Of a DNA stretch of 27,963 nucleotides, positions 25,468-27,963 are shown piece after piece. The notes below the pieces were generated by a model. The model was not told the DNA's origin. It saw only the letters and a program-made list of their open reading frames with translations, and made no database searches. Source of the stretch: a virus. Lineage: Duplodnaviria; Caudoviricetes. Positions within the stretch are counted from its first letter, which is position 1. Each line of letters begins with the position of its first letter. Both the position numbers and the translations under genes were made by a program. The DNA lies in the IMG/VR virus record IMGVR_UViG_3300037463_000035, positions 1 to 27,963 of that record; one strand, 5' to 3'.

Positions 25468-25842
25468 CTACGCAAAATCCCGCGCGCGGCCCTCGGCGGC
25501 GCGAACGAGGTTGGCGGCGTCGTCGTAGGGCACTCCGGCAACGACCAGCCCGCGCCCCAGCGATTCCATGGGGCGCGCCTTGTCGTAATCTTCGACCGCC
25601 AGCGTCCGCGCCTGGAGGTTTTCGCCCGTATGGTGGACGAAGAGGTTCCACTGACGGCAGAACCTCCGCGGACACTGCACCACCTGGTACTGGTATCCTG
25701 GCGCGGAGGACCCGAGGGCGGGAGGTATGAGGCCGTTCCCGCAGCTCCGGCAGACCGGCGTGTGGCGCTCGGGTGAGCCGGCGCGATCCGGCGGTTGGGT
25801 GGTGGCGAAACGCCGCGGAGAGAGGCGGTGCGGTGGCTGCAA
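25468..25842 (-). CDS. Zn-ribbon protein (Mu Com-like CxxC...CPRxxC) abutting terL
   Basis: CRSCGNGL...QCPRRFCRQWN. Stop TAG is immediately followed by the terL ATG. Probable TTG start at 25842 with RBS GAGGT. Confidence 0.6.
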   Translation of the reverse strand: MQPPHRLSPRRFATTQPPDRAGSPERHTPVCRSCGNGLIPPALGSSAPGYQYQVVQCPRRFCRQWNLFVHHTGENLQARTLAVEDYDKARPMESLGRGLVVAGVPYDDAANLVRAAEGRARDFA

Positions 25843-25876
25843 GCGGAAACCTCTCAACGGACAGCGAGAAAACGCG

Positions 25877-25913
25877 AAAAGGCTCCGGCCCGGCGGTGGT
25901 GCCGGGTGGAGCC
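25877..25913 (-). terminator. Intrinsic terminator in the late-operon leader
   Basis: Minus strand GGCTCC-A-CCCGGC ACCACC GCCGGG-CC-GGAGCC followed by TTTT. Confidence 0.55.
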
Positions 25914-25941
25914 TCAGGTGGGCGCAGGTTTGAACGGCTAA

Positions 25942-25970
25942 AAGATGTAGCCGAACGACCCGTGCGTCAA
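25942..25970 (-). promoter_or_regulatory. Putative late promoter
   Basis: TTGACG (25970-25965), 17 bp, CATCTT (25947-25942). Confidence 0.45.
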
Positions 25971-26055
25971 CGTTTCCTGCAGGGCTCCCAACGTTTTTGC
26001 CCGGCGGTGGGCGAGGGGCGGGGCCGGGCTTCGGCTCTATGCCGGTCGTAATATC

Positions 26056-26140
26056 ACCGGCGGGAGCCCGCCGTGAGCTCCCGCCGGTACACGGAAAGGG
26101 GTGCAGGCCTTGCCCCCTCCTGGCCGCGTGTAGCTCACGG
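26056..26140 (+). ncRNA. Putative structured RNA motif, copy 2
   Basis: Stem ACCGGCGGGAGC(26056-67)/GCTCCCGCCGGT(26077-88), loop CCGCCGTGA. Stem TACACG(26088-93)/CGTGTA(26127-32), with GAAA after its 5' strand, encloses GGGGTGCA/TGCCCC. Loop CCGTGA pairs with TCACGG (26135-40). Confidence 0.55.
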
Positions 26141-26268
26141 ATGAGCGGGTAGTGGGATCGGCGTAAACAGGAACACAGCCGCTCACATGCTCACGCGGAT
26201 TCGGTTGGCGCAGGTGGAAGAGACGGAGTTTTTCGGACGCATCCTACAGAACCTACTCGCGAGAGTGA

Positions 26269-27360
26269 ATGATGAGCGATGACCTGAACCCGGAAGGGCT
26301 TCCCCTCGCAGAGCTCCCCAGGTGGAAGCGTCTTGCAATCATGCGGGCCCGCGATGAGGCGGCCGAGCGGAATGAGGCGGCCGAGCAGGGGGACGTACCC
26401 ATCAGCGGCGGCGACCGGGAAGAGACTCCGTCCGACCCCCCGCCGGTTGGGACAATCCACCGCGCCACCCACACCGGCGTCCTTAACATCGGTGATATGA
26501 AGCTGGCATGCGCGGTGTTGGAGGACGGCACGCGGGTGCTGTCCGAGCGTGCCGTCATGGCGGGCTTGGGCCTATACCGGAGCAGTTGGACTGCACGGGC
26601 GGCGTCAGAGGATGCTGGCGCAAAATTGCCCGTTTTCGTGGGCCATAAGAACCTTAGGCCCTTTATTGAGTACGACTTAGCGGTGGTGCTGGGATCGCCC
26701 CTCGTTTTCCGGAATCCGCAGGGCGGCAGGTACGTCCACGGCCTCGACGCAAAGTTGATCCCGAAGGTGTGCGAGGTGTGGTTGCGGGCGCGCGACGCGG
26801 GCGTGCTGGGGAAGCGTCAGGAGTTGGTGGCGGCGCGAGCGGATCTGTTGATCCGCTCACTTGCCCACGTCGGCATTATCGCGCTGGTGGACGAGGCAAC
26901 GGGGTACCAGCGCGACCGCGCCAAGGACGCACTCACCAAGATTCTGGAGCACTACATTTCGAAGGAGTTGGCGAAGTACGCGCGGACGTACCCTGACGAG
27001 TTTTACCTGCACCTGTTCAGGCTGCGGGGGTGGACGGTCTCGGACCTGAACAAGCGGCCCGGCTACACCGCGCAGTTGACGAACGACATCGTCTATGCGC
27101 GCCTCGCTCCTGGTGTGCTGGACGAGTTGAAGCGGGTACAGGCACGGGGAGAGACCGGACGGCCGAAGCACCCGCTGTATGGGCGCCTCACCCCTGAGTT
27201 GGGGCACCCCAAACTGAAGGAGCATCTGTCTGCGGTCGTGGCGCTGATGAAGGTGTCTGAGACGTGGGCAGGGTTCTCTCGGTTGCTTAACCGCGCCCTG
27301 CCTCGACAGGACATCGCGGACTTGATGCCGGGCGAAGGATACGGACCGGGAGAACGGTAG
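26269..27360 (+). CDS. P63C domain-containing protein (Mx8 p63 C-terminal domain; antirepressor-like)
   Basis: LACAVLEDGTRVLSER, LIRSLAHVGIIALVDEATGYQRDR, YPDEFYLHLFRLRGW, RPG..AQLTNDIVYARLAPGVLDELK, LTPELGHPKLKEHL. Confidence 0.9.
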   Translation: MMSDDLNPEGLPLAELPRWKRLAIMRARDEAAERNEAAEQGDVPISGGDREETPSDPPPVGTIHRATHTGVLNIGDMKLACAVLEDGTRVLSERAVMAGLGLYRSSWTARAASEDAGAKLPVFVGHKNLRPFIEYDLAVVLGSPLVFRNPQGGRYVHGLDAKLIPKVCEVWLRARDAGVLGKRQELVAARADLLIRSLAHVGIIALVDEATGYQRDRAKDALTKILEHYISKELAKYARTYPDEFYLHLFRLRGWTVSDLNKRPGYTAQLTNDIVYARLAPGVLDELKRVQARGETGRPKHPLYGRLTPELGHPKLKEHLSAVVALMKVSETWAGFSRLLNRALPRQDIADLMPGEGYGPGER

Positions 27361-27368
27361 TGAGACGG

Positions 27369-27411
27369 CGCGGGGGCGGCACTTTCACGTGCTGCCCCCG
27401 CGTTCATTTTT
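27369..27411 (+). terminator. Intrinsic terminator after the P63C gene
   Basis: Stem CGCGGGGGCGGCAC/GTGCTGCCCCCGCG (one G-U), followed by TTCATTTTT. Confidence 0.75.
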
Positions 27412-27423
27412 CTGAAAAATACC

Positions 27424-27452
27424 TTGCATGCGTGACCGCTCACGCATATATT
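27424..27452 (+). promoter_or_regulatory. Leaderless promoter of the transposase with an overlapping palindromic operator
   Basis: TTGCAT, 17 bp, TATATT, then 7 nt to ATG 27460 with no RBS. Palindrome ATGCGTGA-CCGC-TCACGCAT (27428-27447) fills the spacer. Confidence 0.7.
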
Positions 27453-27459
27453 ACATACT

Positions 27460-27963
27460 ATGAATCGCCTGCCGCTGGAACGCCAAGAAGCCGTCGTCCG
27501 CTCTCTCGTCGAGGGGAATTCGATCCGTGCAACCGTGCGGATTACGGGTGTCGCGAAGAACACGATTTCGGCCCTGCTCTACAACCTCGGAGCGGCCTGT
27601 CTCGGGCACCATGACGCGTTCGTGCGCGGCGTAACCGCCAAGGACGTGCAGTGCGACGAGATATGGTCGTTCGTGGGCGCCAAGGAGAAGAACACGCCGG
27701 AGGAGATGCGCGGGCAGGGGCGCGGGGATGCGTGGACGTGGACCGGGATCGACCGGGACACGAAACTGTGCATCGGTTATAGCGTGGGGCGCCGGGACGC
27801 GGACACCGCCAAGGAGTTTGCGGACGATCTGGCGAGCCGTCTGGCGAACCGGGTCCAGCTTTCGACGGACGGGCTCAAGCTGTACCTGAAGGCGGTAGAC
27901 AGCGCCTTTGATGGCGAGGTGGATTACGCGCAGATCGTGAAGATTTACGGGCCGTCGTGGGGC
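27460..27963 (+). CDS. IS1-family (ISMhu11-like) DDE transposase, truncated by window end
   Basis: MNRLPLERQEAVVRSLVEGNSIRATVRITGVAKNTI (HTH), VQCDEIWSFVGAKEK, WTWTGIDRDTKL, QLSTDGLKLY. No N-terminal Zn finger. Not in the supplied ORF list because it runs off the edge. Confidence 0.88.
   Translation, partial: MNRLPLERQEAVVRSLVEGNSIRATVRITGVAKNTISALLYNLGAACLGHHDAFVRGVTAKDVQCDEIWSFVGAKEKNTPEEMRGQGRGDAWTWTGIDRDTKLCIGYSVGRRDADTAKEFADDLASRLANRVQLSTDGLKLYLKAVDSAFDGEVDYAQIVKIYGPSWG

Larger units (their letters stand above)
156..25970 (-). mobile_element. Siphovirus-like prophage/phage: morphogenesis module plus accessory operon
   Basis: Canonical order terL-portal-scaffold-capsid-neck-tail tube-G/GT-TMP-hub-fibre-holin. 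No sheath gene. Integrase and replication genes are not in the window. Confidence 0.95.
26148..27963 (+). mobile_element. IS1-family element, possibly carrying P63C as a passenger gene
   Basis: Two IS1-like end motifs in the same orientation: GGTAGTGGGATCGGCG (26148) and GGTAGTGAGACGGCG (27356). The right end is outside the window. Confidence 0.45.

Noticed and set aside
26056-26140. Hammerhead ribozyme or known riboswitch interpretation of the repeated motif
   Set aside because: GAAA is present, but the CUGANGA core is not (CCGUGAG lies in a hairpin loop). By eye it did not match the c-di-GMP, SAM, ZTP, twister or pistol consensus. An Rfam search is still needed.
1-27963. CRISPR array, tRNA or rRNA genes
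   Set aside because: No regularly spaced repeats, cloverleaf/T-loop signatures or rRNA-like sequence noticed. Nearly all of the window is accounted for by CDSs.

Overview
A GC-rich segment of a siphovirus-type (long non-contractile tail) prophage or phage. The morphogenesis module runs on the minus strand from about 25.8 kb to 4.2 kb: Zn-ribbon ORF, terminase large subunit, portal, frameshifted MuF-like minor head gene, scaffold, decoration protein, major capsid, HhH protein, head-tail joining genes, tail tube, G/GT chaperones with a GGGAAAG -1 frameshift, tape measure, an inverted lipoprotein moron, Dit-like protein, PKD-bearing hub, tail fibre and two holin-like membrane proteins. Downstream, a separately promoted and largely translationally coupled accessory operon (4015->156) encodes an orphan Xre/MbcA-type antitoxin-domain protein, a divergent sigma70 factor, a truncated MmeI-like methyltransferase, an Rmf/CrpP-like protein and a mosaic Zn-finger protein. 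At the right end are a P63C-domain gene and a truncated IS1-family (ISMhu11-like) transposase. The most unusual signal is a non-coding structured motif (hairpin, second stem with GAAA, loop pseudoknot, compensatory changes) present twice, at 1-83 and 26056-26140, bracketing the whole module. All assignments come from motif recognition by eye, with no database searches.
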